Shown piece by piece: positions 37,379 to 47,249 of a DNA stretch of 64,000 bases. The notes beneath the pieces are model-generated. The model made no database searches, was not told the origin of the DNA, and was given only the letters and a program-made list of their open reading frames with translations. A program made the translations under genes and the position numbers. Numbering within the stretch: the stretch's first letter is position 1; every line of letters begins with the position of its first letter. The stretch is taken from positions 348,891 to 412,890 of the forward strand of contig OZ252023.1 of the NCBI GenBank assembly GCA_965247425.1, written 5' to 3'. Origin of the DNA: Terriglobia bacterium (lineage in GTDB: Bacteria; Acidobacteriota; Terriglobia; 20CM-2-55-15).

Positions 37379-40108
37379 TCAGTCCTCTCTCAGTGCTGTC
37401 ATCGGATCGATGTGCATCGCTCTTCTGGCCGGCAGGTATGCGGCCACGAGGGCGACCAGGAAGAGTGTTCCCGAAGTGCCGAGGAACGTCCGCGGATCCA
37501 CCGGCTCGATGCCGAACAGCAACCCCTCGAGGAAGCGCGTCGTCCACCACGCGCCGACCAGGCCCAGGAGGATCCCGAGCACGGTGACGCCGAGGCCCTG
37601 CCTCAGAACCAGCGCCAACAGCGAGCTGCGATTCGCACCGAGGGAGGCTCGCAAACCCAGCTCGCGGGTTCGGCCCGCCACTGTGAATGCGATGGTCCCG
37701 TAGAGACCGGCGGCCACCAGGAACAGCGAGATACCCGCGAAGGTGCCCAGAAGCATCGAGACCACACGGTGGCGTGCCGTCACGCTTGCCGCTCGCTCTT
37801 CCATCGTCATTACCGAAGTCAGCGCGAGGCTGGAGTTCAGTTCAGCCAACGTCCGGCGGATGATCGGGACGAGGCTTTGAGGGTCGCCCTGTGTCCGTAC
37901 CATGAGGCCCGTCGAAGGTCGAGGCGCCTGCCGCATGGACACCCAGCCCTGCAGTTCGGGCGCGAGGCCAAAGCCCTGCTCGAACTGCAGGCTTCGGACG
38001 ACTCCGACCACCGTGACTCCATTTCCCGCGAAGTCCGCCCACCCGAGCTGGATTGTCCGGCCGATGGGATTCCCATTGGGAAACAGGACGTCGACGGCCC
38101 TTTGGTTCAGCACGATCACGCGCTCGTTGTCTGTTCCGTCACCGGCTTCGATGTCCCGGCCTTCGAGGAAGTCGGCGCCGAGCAGGCCCAGATGTCCGTC
38201 CGCGACCGGCTGCAGTCGCACCCAGGTATGCATTTGGGGTATCAGTTCGGGGTCACCCTCGGACCCCATGACGATGGTTCGGTAGGTGGGTCCGCCCATC
38301 GGTATCTCACCCACCGTCGCGCCGACCACGCCTGGGAGGGCTCGGACCCGCTCAAGGAAATCGAGATGGAAGGTCGCCAGATCTACTCCGGCCTGCTCCT
38401 CGGCCGGGGTCAGCCCGTAGACCGCCGTCAGGAGCCGCTCGGAGTCGTAGCCGACATCGACGCTCTGGAGGTTTGCCAGGCTTTGCATCATCAGTGTCGC
38501 ACCCGTCATCAGCACGAGGGCCACGCCGACCTGAAAGACGACCAACGCGGTCTGGCCCGGGAGGCCGAAGGCCGTCGGTGCGGCTCCGAGGCTCGCGCCC
38601 CCTCCCTTGAGAGTCGCGGCCGGATTGATTCGGGCTGCCTGCAGGGCCGGCAAGATCCCGAAGACGACTCCCACACCGCCCGTCAATAGTGCGCCGAACA
38701 TCAGGACACCCCAGTCGAGCGACAAATTGTCCGGGTCGAGGTACTCGAGGCCACGATCACTGCCCGTGCCCACGGCTTCGGTGAGCCACGCGCCGAGCAC
38801 GTCGAGGCCGACCCACGCGACCCCAATACCCAGCACGCCCCCCATGACCGCCAACGAGAGGCTCTCGGTCAGCAGCTGTCTCACGAGCCGTGCCCGTCCC
38901 GCGCCCAGCGAGGCTCGGACAGCCGCCTCACGCCCTCGCGCCGCTCCGCGGGCAAGCAGCAGGCTGGCCAGGTTGGCAGTCGCGACCAGCAGGACCAACG
39001 CAACCGCCCCGAAGAGTGCGAACATCGAGGTTTCCGCAACGGGATTCACCCGCGCCGTGCGGTACGGTACGACGTCTGCTCCCGAGACCAGCCTCGAAGC
39101 GGCCACCGGCGGCGGGAAGCGTTCCATGATCGTAGCGCCGAAAATTTGCACTTCGCTGCGTGCGCTCTCCTGCGTGAAGCCTGGAGCGAGACGACCGATG
39201 AGGTTGAGCGTCTGGTTCCAGGCGTCATCCAACAGACTGTCGTTGTCCACCTCGCGCATTGCCGAGAACGGGATCCAGAGCTCGGCTCCCCCGGTGATGC
39301 CGTCGAAGCCCGGTCCCACGACACCGAGTACGGTGAAACGCAGACGGTCCAGGGTCATGGATGCGCCGACCGCGTCGGGCGAGGCCCCCATGCGTGTTTG
39401 CCAGAAGCCATGGCTGACGAGCGCGACCATGTGGGGATCACCGTTGTCGACCTCGTCGGGTCCGAAAACTCTACCGCGGATGGCTCCGATGCCCAGCAGG
39501 TCGAATAGTGCGGGGGTGACAGTCTCCACTCCGATGACTGCCGGGTTGCCCAGTTCGGTCAATGTCATGGTCCGGAGACCGTAGCCGGCGATGGTGTCGA
39601 TGGACCGGACTTCGTCGACGAGTGCTTGATACCTGGGATAGGACCATTTGCTGATCCCCATGGTTTCTTCGGACCTGCCGAACAAGCTATCCACGACGAC
39701 CAGTCTTTCGGCCTCGGGGAAGGGAGGCTCGGCGAGCACAGCCTGCTCGAGTACGCTGAAGAGTGCGGTGTTCGCGCCGATCGCCATGGCCAGCATCAGC
39801 ACCGCCGCGGCCGTGAACCCCGGACTGCGGGTCAACGTCCGGAGTGCGTATCTGGCGTCCTGCAACAAAATGTCCATTCTCCACCCCTCCTTCCATTCCC
39901 ATAACCCATGCCCGAACGCCCCGGTGAGAAACGCGACCAGTCGCACCGGATTTTCCTTGCTGTTGCGGAGTTGCCAGAGCTCCGCCTCCCACTCCATCAG
40001 CCATTCCCGCCGGCCCCTGAACGGCACCAGAAGGTTCGCCACACGCAGCGCACGTCGGCTCCACCGTGTGATTGAGTCGTTGGGCCACAGGGTTCCAGAA
40101 TCGCTCAT
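37379..40108 (-). CDS. ADOP-family permease with N-terminal prefix domain (type C)
   Basis: 909 aa. Prefix GRREWLMEWEAELWQLR, then LLQDARYALRTLTRSPGFT. C-terminal YLPARRAMHIDPMTALRED. Confidence 0.9.
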   Translation of the reverse strand: MSDSGTLWPNDSITRWSRRALRVANLLVPFRGRREWLMEWEAELWQLRNSKENPVRLVAFLTGAFGHGLWEWKEGWRMDILLQDARYALRTLTRSPGFTAAAVLMLAMAIGANTALFSVLEQAVLAEPPFPEAERLVVVDSLFGRSEETMGISKWSYPRYQALVDEVRSIDTIAGYGLRTMTLTELGNPAVIGVETVTPALFDLLGIGAIRGRVFGPDEVDNGDPHMVALVSHGFWQTRMGASPDAVGASMTLDRLRFTVLGVVGPGFDGITGGAELWIPFSAMREVDNDSLLDDAWNQTLNLIGRLAPGFTQESARSEVQIFGATIMERFPPPVAASRLVSGADVVPYRTARVNPVAETSMFALFGAVALVLLVATANLASLLLARGAARGREAAVRASLGAGRARLVRQLLTESLSLAVMGGVLGIGVAWVGLDVLGAWLTEAVGTGSDRGLEYLDPDNLSLDWGVLMFGALLTGGVGVVFGILPALQAARINPAATLKGGGASLGAAPTAFGLPGQTALVVFQVGVALVLMTGATLMMQSLANLQSVDVGYDSERLLTAVYGLTPAEEQAGVDLATFHLDFLERVRALPGVVGATVGEIPMGGPTYRTIVMGSEGDPELIPQMHTWVRLQPVADGHLGLLGADFLEGRDIEAGDGTDNERVIVLNQRAVDVLFPNGNPIGRTIQLGWADFAGNGVTVVGVVRSLQFEQGFGLAPELQGWVSMRQAPRPSTGLMVRTQGDPQSLVPIIRRTLAELNSSLALTSVMTMEERAASVTARHRVVSMLLGTFAGISLFLVAAGLYGTIAFTVAGRTRELGLRASLGANRSSLLALVLRQGLGVTVLGILLGLVGAWWTTRFLEGLLFGIEPVDPRTFLGTSGTLFLVALVAAYLPARRAMHIDPMTALRED

Positions 40109-40425
40109 GACTCGGCTTCGCCTCGGGCAGTTTCCGCGAAGATGCCGGCGCCGACCGCGCCCAGGTTGGCCCTCGCTTCCTTGAGGGCTCGCTCACCGTC
40201 AGGTGTGAGCTGGTAATACCGACGGCGAGGTCGACGCTCGGCTTCCGCGACAGCGTGGTCCTCCCAGTGCCCCTGGACGAGCCCTCGTTTCTCCAGGCGG
40301 CGCAGGGTCGTATAGACCGTCCCAGGCAGCAGCCCGGAATGCTGCGTGATGTCGAGACCGTAGCGCGCGCCCTGTTGAAGCGTCGCGAGAATTGCCGCCG
40401 TCGTCAGGCCGAGGGGTCGTGCCAT
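40105..40425 (-). CDS. PadR-family transcriptional regulator
   Basis: Start at MARPLG (cat at 40423-40425, GAGG RBS). ARYGLDITQ...GTVYTTLRRLEKRGLV...RRYYQLTPDGERAL. ATGA overlap with the permease. The longer tracked ORF (to 41361) is rejected. Confidence 0.85.
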   Translation of the reverse strand: MARPLGLTTAAILATLQQGARYGLDITQHSGLLPGTVYTTLRRLEKRGLVQGHWEDHAVAEAERRPRRRYYQLTPDGERALKEARANLGAVGAGIFAETARGEAES

Positions 40426-40524
40426 GTGGAACCTCGTTGGATAGGGACTTGTCCGAAAGTCCGCATATGTGTAGAGTAGATCACACTGTATAGTAGATAA
40501 CACAGAAGCGATGGAGGGGGCAAG

Positions 40525-41295
40525 ATGAAGAGGACGATGTGGGCGACGATGCTGGTCCTGTTGGCGGCGGGCTCGACAGCGTCCGCCGAGGCTCAGGGCG
40601 CCCGGACGATCGAGATACCGCTCAGGGTCGAGGATGGTCGCTTGATCGTACCGGTCGAGGCATCCGACGGCACCGAGCTTCAGTTCATCGTGAGCACCAG
40701 CTACACGGTCCTCTCGAAGTCGGGCGCGGCCCGGCTCGGGGATCGGCCGTCCCTCACGATGGGAGGCGTGGTGGTGCGCACAGATACCGTCCCGGCGTTC
40801 CCGGACGAAGAACTCACCGTCGCCGGGAAGGTCATGGACGGAATGGTCGGTTCGTCGACTTTCAATAAGTTCGACTTGTTGATCGATGTTCCCAGGGGCA
40901 GGCTCCTCCTGAAGCCGATCGGGCGCTCGGTCGAGTGGGAAGGCGTGAAGCTGTCCCAGCCCGTGCCCGTCCGGGTCATGCACGGGCTCCTGTTCGGCCT
41001 CGACGTCGAGTTCGAGGGCCAGGCATACGGTGCGACGCTCGAGTTGAAGCGTCCGGCTCTCGTTGTCAGCCAGGCGGTGAAGGCTCAGACGGGAATCGAC
41101 GACGACGATGTCGGCACCCTTCGCCTGGGATACGCGACGTTTGCAGATGTTCCGGCCCGGGTACGCGACCTCCCTTTGTTCTCGGGCTGGGATCCGAGCG
41201 GCAAGGGCTTCGTCGTTGTGGGGGCACCGATCACGTTCGACTGCGCGATTTCTCTCAGCTGGGCGCATCGTGAAATCAGGACGTGTGTGCGATGA
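40525..41295 (+). CDS. secreted retropepsin-like (clan AA) domain protein lacking the catalytic Asp
   Basis: Signal peptide MKRTMWATMLVLLAAGSTASAEA. The layout EDGRLIVPVEASDGTELQFIVSTSYTVLS...MDGMVGSSTFNKFDLLIDVPRGRLLLKP parallels bacterial aspartyl-protease domains, but DTGA is replaced by STSY. Confidence 0.55.
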   Translation: MKRTMWATMLVLLAAGSTASAEAQGARTIEIPLRVEDGRLIVPVEASDGTELQFIVSTSYTVLSKSGAARLGDRPSLTMGGVVVRTDTVPAFPDEELTVAGKVMDGMVGSSTFNKFDLLIDVPRGRLLLKPIGRSVEWEGVKLSQPVPVRVMHGLLFGLDVEFEGQAYGATLELKRPALVVSQAVKAQTGIDDDDVGTLRLGYATFADVPARVRDLPLFSGWDPSGKGFVVVGAPITFDCAISLSWAHREIRTCVR

Positions 41296-41402
41296 GTTGG
41301 AGACCTGCGGCATGTCGTCCCAACCTGTTTTCACACTGGATGTCCCGGCCACCATCGCCATCGGCTACGTCATCTACCTGTTCAAGGTTCACGCGCGAAT
41401 AG

Positions 41403-41533
41403 ATTCACCGCGACGACGCGGAGGATTTTTTTTACCGCAGAGGCGCAGAGGCGCAGAGAAAGATCTTAATCCCCGAATCTGCGTTGCGACTATACCCCTT
41501 TCGCTCCGCGTTCTTCGCGTCGTCGCGGTGAAT
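41403..41533. repeat. perfect 18-bp inverted repeat bracketing a REP-like GCAGAGGCGCAGAG motif
   Basis: attcaccgcgacgacgcg (41403-41420) is the exact reverse complement of 41516-41533. The interior contains ccgcagaggcgcagaggcgcagagaaagatc, related to motifs at about 30775-30885. Confidence 0.8.
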
Positions 41534-41736
41534 TCCCATTACGAACGTTGCGGCGGCGCGTAGGGTTATAATAAAGGTGGCGTATCAGGGCGCCGCCGTG
41601 TCCGCGGGAAGGACTGCGTCCCCCTGGAGTGATGGAGCCTGACATCTCTGTTTCGATGAACTCTTTTTCTGCCTGAGCGAGCGGACACCGGGCCGAACGG
41701 CCCACGCGAGGCGTGCGGCCTGGAAAGGAGCTCATT

Positions 41737-43689
41737 TTGAAGAAACACTCACCCACTCGGGCACTCCGCGACCGACCGGACCTCAATCAACTCAAACGTC
41801 AAGCGAAGGAACTATTGCGGGCGTTTGCCCGCGGAGAGGAAGAAGCTCTCGCCGAGGTGAATGCCCACTACCGCAATGCGGACGGTTCTGCGTTCGCCCT
41901 GCACGATGCCCAACTTGTGCTGGCACGATCGTATGGCTTCGATAGTTGGCGGAAGCTCAGGGCCTATGTGGACGGTGTGACGGCCGCGCGGATGTGTGAT
42001 GCAGTCGAGCGGGGCGATATCCAGGCGGTCGGTGAAATGCTCGGCCGGCGTCCGGAGATCGTGAACCTGGAGCGGCCGGACCACGGAGAACAACGGGCAT
42101 TGCACATTGCCGTACTCCGTCGCGACGGGGCGATGGTACGCCTTTTGATGGACCAGGGCGCGGACGCCCGGATTGGAATCTGGCCCCACCGCGACGCCAC
42201 CAGTGCTTTCACCTTCGCGATCGAGCGCGGCTACGACGAGATCGTTTCCATCATCGAGGGAGTGGAAAGCCGTCGTTCCGGTTCGCCTGCGCCCGCCCGG
42301 GCGGTGCCGGGGCTGGAGGAAGCGATGAGGCGCGGCGACCAGGAGCGGGCAATTGCGATGCTGGAGTCGGAACCGTCGCTGATCCATGCATCCGACGTGG
42401 ACGGTTGGACGCCGTTGCATCGGGCGGCTGCGATGCTCCACGAACACATGGTCGCTTGGCTCGTGGAGCGTGGCGCCGACGTGAATCGCCAGGGCAAGGG
42501 TGGATGGACGCCGATGGACCTGGCGGCGTCGGGGAGAGGATGGGGAAAAACCGGTACTCCGGAACGGTTCGCTTCGGTTGCGAAGATGTTGCGAGGTGGC
42601 GCGGAAATGACGTCGGTATCGGCGGTGGCGCTGGGTGAGGTGGAATGGGTGCGGGACCGCCATGCCGAAGACAAGCTGGTGAATGCGACCGTCCTGGATT
42701 TGTTCGGACCATTCGGTGGGTTGCTCACGACCGCTGTCCGACATGGACAGTCGGAAATGCTCAAGCTGCTCCTGGACCTCGGGTTCGACCCCGACGAGCG
42801 GGTTCGTCTGGATGGAACCGAAGAGGTCTCATACTCGTGGGGTCTGCCGCTGCACAGCTGTGCAGGTTCGGGCAAACTCGATATGGCCGGGTTGCTCCTC
42901 GAACGGGGTGCGGACCCGAACGGCAAGGTGTCCACTTCGGGCACGCCGGTCGGCATCGCGTATGGCCGACGCGACCAGGCGATGGTCCAACTGCTGGAAC
43001 GCTACGGTGGTGTGGTTTATGCCGCTAACGCCGGGTACTACAGGGACACGGGGCTGGCCCGGCGTCTGCTGGCAGACGAGGCTGCCGGTCGGTTGCGGGA
43101 AGGGACGGTTGAAGCAGGGAAGACCCTGGCGGAGACGCTCCTCGACAGTGCCTCAAGCGGCGGTGATCCCGAGATCGTACGGATGGCGCTCGAACGCATC
43201 GACTGGGAGCGTGATGATCCACGGTGGTACGGGATGTTATGGTCCCCGCTTGTCTTCTGGAACCACCTGCCCGGAATACCGTCAGCGAACCCGGACCTGG
43301 ACCGGGCGACCTATATCACCTGCTTCCGCATGGTGCTGGGGCGGTGTGATCCGAACATCCGATCCGACCGTTTCGGCCGGACGATTCTTCACGAGGTCGC
43401 TGCGATGGGAAATCACGTGAGGGGGGAAGAGACTGTGGCCTTCGCGAAATTGCTTCTGGACGTGGACGCGAGACTGGATGTCCGCGACGATTTGCTCGGG
43501 AGTACGCCGCTTGGCTGGGCTTGCCGGTGGGGCCGCGCCGAACTGGTGAAGCTATTGCTCGAGCGTGGCGTCGATCCGCTCGAGCCGGAGGCCGAGTCCT
43601 GGTCGCGGCCTCTGGCATGGGCGGAGGAAATGGGTCACCGAGACGTGGTTCGGATGCTCGGGAACGCGGCTGATTCCCGATCGTCCTGA
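41737..43689 (+). CDS. ankyrin-repeat protein
   Basis: TTG start 6 nt after AAGGAG (the tracked ORF begins at 41713). Multiple ANK units, e.g. GEQRALHIAVLRRDGAMVRLLMDQGADA and GWTPLHRAAAMLHEHMVAWLVERGADVN. Confidence 0.85.
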   Translation: MKKHSPTRALRDRPDLNQLKRQAKELLRAFARGEEEALAEVNAHYRNADGSAFALHDAQLVLARSYGFDSWRKLRAYVDGVTAARMCDAVERGDIQAVGEMLGRRPEIVNLERPDHGEQRALHIAVLRRDGAMVRLLMDQGADARIGIWPHRDATSAFTFAIERGYDEIVSIIEGVESRRSGSPAPARAVPGLEEAMRRGDQERAIAMLESEPSLIHASDVDGWTPLHRAAAMLHEHMVAWLVERGADVNRQGKGGWTPMDLAASGRGWGKTGTPERFASVAKMLRGGAEMTSVSAVALGEVEWVRDRHAEDKLVNATVLDLFGPFGGLLTTAVRHGQSEMLKLLLDLGFDPDERVRLDGTEEVSYSWGLPLHSCAGSGKLDMAGLLLERGADPNGKVSTSGTPVGIAYGRRDQAMVQLLERYGGVVYAANAGYYRDTGLARRLLADEAAGRLREGTVEAGKTLAETLLDSASSGGDPEIVRMALERIDWERDDPRWYGMLWSPLVFWNHLPGIPSANPDLDRATYITCFRMVLGRCDPNIRSDRFGRTILHEVAAMGNHVRGEETVAFAKLLLDVDARLDVRDDLLGSTPLGWACRWGRAELVKLLLERGVDPLEPEAESWSRPLAWAEEMGHRDVVRMLGNAADSRSS

Positions 43690-43722
43690 GATCCAACGTG
43701 ACCTGACGTCACGGCCCATTCT

Positions 43723-46137
43723 TCAGCGGCGATTCGCGTCCATCTCTGTGGCAGTGCCGACGGCCCGCATCTGGAATGGGGGACTGTTGACGATACCCAT
43801 GATGAAAGCCGACAAGCCGTTGCCGCTCTCGGCCGCCCCACGCTGGATCGATCGGACAGTCGGCATGTCCCGATGATCCAGCACACGCCCCAGACTGTAG
43901 GACAGAAGGTTCTTGGTGAAGCTTGTGATGAACGCTTCAGAGCGGGCCATCACCGCTTTGCGGAGACTGACCGGTCCGTCCAGTCGCGTTCCGTCGTACA
44001 TCTCTCCGGTCGGGTCGATGACGAATCCACCATCGGTCCGGCGCCACTCGCCGACCGCATCGAAGTTTTCCAGTGCCATCCCGATTGGGTCGATGATCCG
44101 GTGGCACGCATTGCACATGGGGCTCTCCCGGTGGTGTTCCATACGCTCCCGGACGGAGAGGACTTTTTCGTTGTCGACAGATTCCGCGAGAGGGGGCACA
44201 ACCGGGGGAGGCTTCGGTGCCGGAGAGCCGACCAGAACCTCGATCATGTACTTGCCCCGTGAAACCGGGGACGTTCTGCTAGCCAGCGACGTCATCGTCA
44301 GGATGCCGGCCTTGCCGATGAGCCCGAACCGGTTCGGATCGGTCAACGTCACGCGCCTGAAACGCGGACCCACGATGTTCGGGATTCCGTAATGTCGGGC
44401 GAGATTCCCGTCCACGAATGTGTAGTCTGCGGTCAGGAGTTCCAGGACGTCCCGGTCCTCGCGCATGATGTAGTCGAACAGGAGTTCCACTTCGCGACGC
44501 ATCGACACGGCGAGGTTGAGAGTGAAGTTTGGGAACAGAATCGCTTCCGGGAATATCTGCTTGATCCCGGCCAAACGCAGCCACTGGCCCGCAAAGTTCG
44601 TCGATATCTGCTCGGACCGCGGATCGGCCAGCATGCGTCGGACCTGGCTTTCGAGGGTGCCCGGGTCCCGGAGCCTCCCCTCCACGGCCAGTCGGACCAA
44701 CTCGTCGTCCGGGATCGAGCTCCAGAGGAAGTAAGCCAGACGCGACGCCAGTTCGAGGTCGGTGATCCGGTAGACGCTCCCGGGAGAAGCCGACGCCGGT
44801 TCCTGCTCGAAACGGAAGATGAATTCGGGTTTCGCCAGGAGTGCCTGAATTGCCGCCTGGACACCGGATTCGAAGCCGTCCCGATTCGAGCCATACTCGT
44901 AGAATTCGAGGAGGCTCTCCAGGTCTTCCGGTGTCGCCGGTCTGCGGAAGGCCTTACCGGCCAGTTCCGATATGATCTCCTTCGCACATGCTTCTTCTTC
45001 GTCCTCCCGGGCGGGACGACACGTAAATACCTTGCGGCGGCTGGCCGTCTCCGAGATTCCAGTCGGGTTGAAAGGGCCGGTCACCGAAAAACTTTGCAAG
45101 TGCGGTAACCCCGTCAGTTCGGGCGCCGTCGTGATGGTGATGTCCGCCAGGGTCTGTTCGACGAGCCTGTAATGGTCCTGCACCGGTCCGTCGAACTTCG
45201 AAATGAACGCTGCGGCCAGCCGGCGCTGTCCGCTGGAGATCTTGACTCGTGCGGTGACGTAGTTGGCCTTTTCTTCCGTTATCGTCGGATCGACGTCGAT
45301 TACGGCGACTCTCTCTCCGTCGACCGAGATTTCGACCTGTTGGCCCTGCATTTGCTCGGGCAACTGCCAGCCCATGAGTTCACCGGGGTAATCGTAGTAG
45401 AAGACCACTTTGAACTCATACTCGCCGTCGGCGGGGAACGTGTGCATGACCGAGGTGCCGCCGCGCGTCCCGAACGGAGTTCCGGGGACGTGACGCATCT
45501 GGTTGGCCAGCCTCGAGATCTTGTACAGAGACATTCTGGCGGGTGCTTTGGGGTCACCGACCGCATCCCGGCTGATCTTCTCGGCCGCCCGGATATAGGC
45601 GCTCATCAGGGCCGGCGAAATCGTCAAGGCTTCCGACATGTTATCGAAGCCGTTCGTCGTGGGATCCGGCGGCAGAAGGTCGGCCACATCCACTTCCAGA
45701 TCCAGCAGCTCGCGCACCGAATTCCGGTACTCGTTACCATTTATGCGATGCAACTCCGGGGCGCTGACATGCGGTTCGGTCGCGGCGGCCGCCTCGTCGA
45801 TTCGTGTCTCGAGTGCCGACGCGAGCGCTTTCAAAGTAGAGGGATCCGGCCTGGGCATGCCGACCGGCGGCATCATGCCGGAACGAAGTTTGAGAATGAC
45901 TCGTTCCGCTTGTGCGGCGTTCTGCTCGGGATGGGCCAGATCCAGCTTCGAAAATGAGAACCCTCCCTCCCCATCCACGTCGTTGTGGCAGGATTCGCAG
46001 TAGTTGTTCACCATGTCACGCTGCGATTCGAGAGTCATGCCACCGGTTTCCTGGCCATAGGCCAAGTCGTTGTGACCGCTTCCAATAAGTATGATCGCGC
46101 TTATGAGCAGGGCTCTATAGCTATGGTGCAGCTTCAT
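43723..46137 (-). CDS. DUF1592/DUF1588/DUF1595-family protein with N-terminal CxxCH cytochrome-like motif
   Basis: Start chosen at MKLHHSYRALLISAIILIG (signal). NYCESCHND heme motif. A second CNACH near the C-terminus. The overall architecture is typical of the Planctomycete/Acidobacteria DUF1592 family. Confidence 0.8.
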   Translation of the reverse strand: MKLHHSYRALLISAIILIGSGHNDLAYGQETGGMTLESQRDMVNNYCESCHNDVDGEGGFSFSKLDLAHPEQNAAQAERVILKLRSGMMPPVGMPRPDPSTLKALASALETRIDEAAAATEPHVSAPELHRINGNEYRNSVRELLDLEVDVADLLPPDPTTNGFDNMSEALTISPALMSAYIRAAEKISRDAVGDPKAPARMSLYKISRLANQMRHVPGTPFGTRGGTSVMHTFPADGEYEFKVVFYYDYPGELMGWQLPEQMQGQQVEISVDGERVAVIDVDPTITEEKANYVTARVKISSGQRRLAAAFISKFDGPVQDHYRLVEQTLADITITTAPELTGLPHLQSFSVTGPFNPTGISETASRRKVFTCRPAREDEEEACAKEIISELAGKAFRRPATPEDLESLLEFYEYGSNRDGFESGVQAAIQALLAKPEFIFRFEQEPASASPGSVYRITDLELASRLAYFLWSSIPDDELVRLAVEGRLRDPGTLESQVRRMLADPRSEQISTNFAGQWLRLAGIKQIFPEAILFPNFTLNLAVSMRREVELLFDYIMREDRDVLELLTADYTFVDGNLARHYGIPNIVGPRFRRVTLTDPNRFGLIGKAGILTMTSLASRTSPVSRGKYMIEVLVGSPAPKPPPVVPPLAESVDNEKVLSVRERMEHHRESPMCNACHRIIDPIGMALENFDAVGEWRRTDGGFVIDPTGEMYDGTRLDGPVSLRKAVMARSEAFITSFTKNLLSYSLGRVLDHRDMPTVRSIQRGAAESGNGLSAFIMGIVNSPPFQMRAVGTATEMDANRR

Positions 46138-46357
46138 CGACCACCCTCCATTATCACCGATAGAATTGACGACACGTATTACGGATATTTGCACCGCACC
46201 TGAAACAGGTGCTACTGGCACTATAAAGAGGGCAATGGTCGGAGGTCAATTGGTGGAACTCGGTTTACTCGCCCTTTCGTGGAGTTTACCGGAGGAAAAT
46301 CGTGTCGATTGAAGGGTGGACGACATAATCCATCGCCCGTGCAGACGCGTTGCCGAG

Positions 46358-47185
46358 CTATCCCAGAAGCTTCAGAACAGACTTGGCCGAGACGTTGGCG
46401 TATGCCATGGCTGCCAGACCACTCTCGATCAGCAATTTCGATTTCACCAGTCCGGCCGCCTCTCTGGCCATGTTGGCGTCGCGGATCCGGGATTCGGAAG
46501 CCTGCACGCTGGCCGCGGTGGATCGGGCTCGAGCCACGGCGAAGCTCAACTGGTTCATCGCACTTCCGGTTCGACCCTGGCCCGCTCCGAGCGTACCCAT
46601 CGCGGCCTGGAGGCTTGAGATCGCTGCCGCGGCGCCGTCCTGGCTCGTGATGTTGTCGGCGCCCAGGCCCAGTCCCTGGGCGTCTGCGGCATTCGTTGCG
46701 GGAACGGAAGTGTAGCTGACACTATCCGACGTGTTCGTCTGAGTATTTCCCACGAAAACGTCCTGGTTGTTCAGTTTGGTGCTGCCGGTTTCCAGTCCTG
46801 CCGCCGCCGCGCTCCTCGATATTTCCGCGATGACGGACTGGAATTCTTCATTCAGGGCCGACCGGTCACCGGTGAACGTGTCCGATACGGCCTGGCTGGC
46901 CAGTGTCGTCGCGCGACTCACCAGCGATGAAATGTTGTTGAGGGCGCCATCCTGGATCTGCAGTTGACCGATGGCTTCGCGCGCATTCTCGGAGCCGCTG
47001 TTGAGGCTCGTGCTGTCGAGTTGATGCCGATTGGCCACGGCGAGTCCCGCCGCGTCGTCGGCTGAGCTGTTGATACGCTTTCCAGAGGTCATTCGCTCAA
47101 GACTCTTTGCCATGCTGGCTTGACTGCTGCTCAACGCCGATTGCGCACTGAGAGAAGAAAGATTGGTGACGACTGAAAAGCCCAT
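46358..47185 (-). CDS. fliC: flagellin (short, 275 aa)
   Basis: Start at MGFSVVTNLSSLSAQ (cat at 47183-47185). N-terminal MTSGKRINSSADDAAGLAVANR and C-terminal SESRIRDANMAREAAGLVKSKLLIESGLAAMAYANVSAKSVLKLLG are canonical flagellin D0/D1 segments. Confidence 0.9.
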   Translation of the reverse strand: MGFSVVTNLSSLSAQSALSSSQASMAKSLERMTSGKRINSSADDAAGLAVANRHQLDSTSLNSGSENAREAIGQLQIQDGALNNISSLVSRATTLASQAVSDTFTGDRSALNEEFQSVIAEISRSAAAAGLETGSTKLNNQDVFVGNTQTNTSDSVSYTSVPATNAADAQGLGLGADNITSQDGAAAAISSLQAAMGTLGAGQGRTGSAMNQLSFAVARARSTAASVQASESRIRDANMAREAAGLVKSKLLIESGLAAMAYANVSAKSVLKLLG

Positions 47186-47249
47186 GATGTGATCTCCGTT
47201 CGATTCAAAGCAATTTTCTTGTCTTGGGGTAGAGTCCCCTCGTTTCATG

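Noticed and set aside
40426-41361. Upstream extension of the PadR ORF to 418 aa
   Set aside because: The PadR homology starts at MARPLG (40425), which has its own RBS. The extension is antisense to a better plus-strand ORF with a signal peptide (40525-41295).
46196-46212. 7-bp-stem hairpin gcacctg-aaa-caggtgc between the flagellin gene and the DUF1592 gene start
   Set aside because: There is no U-tract on the relevant strand and it lies about 150 nt from the flagellin stop. Function is indeterminate.
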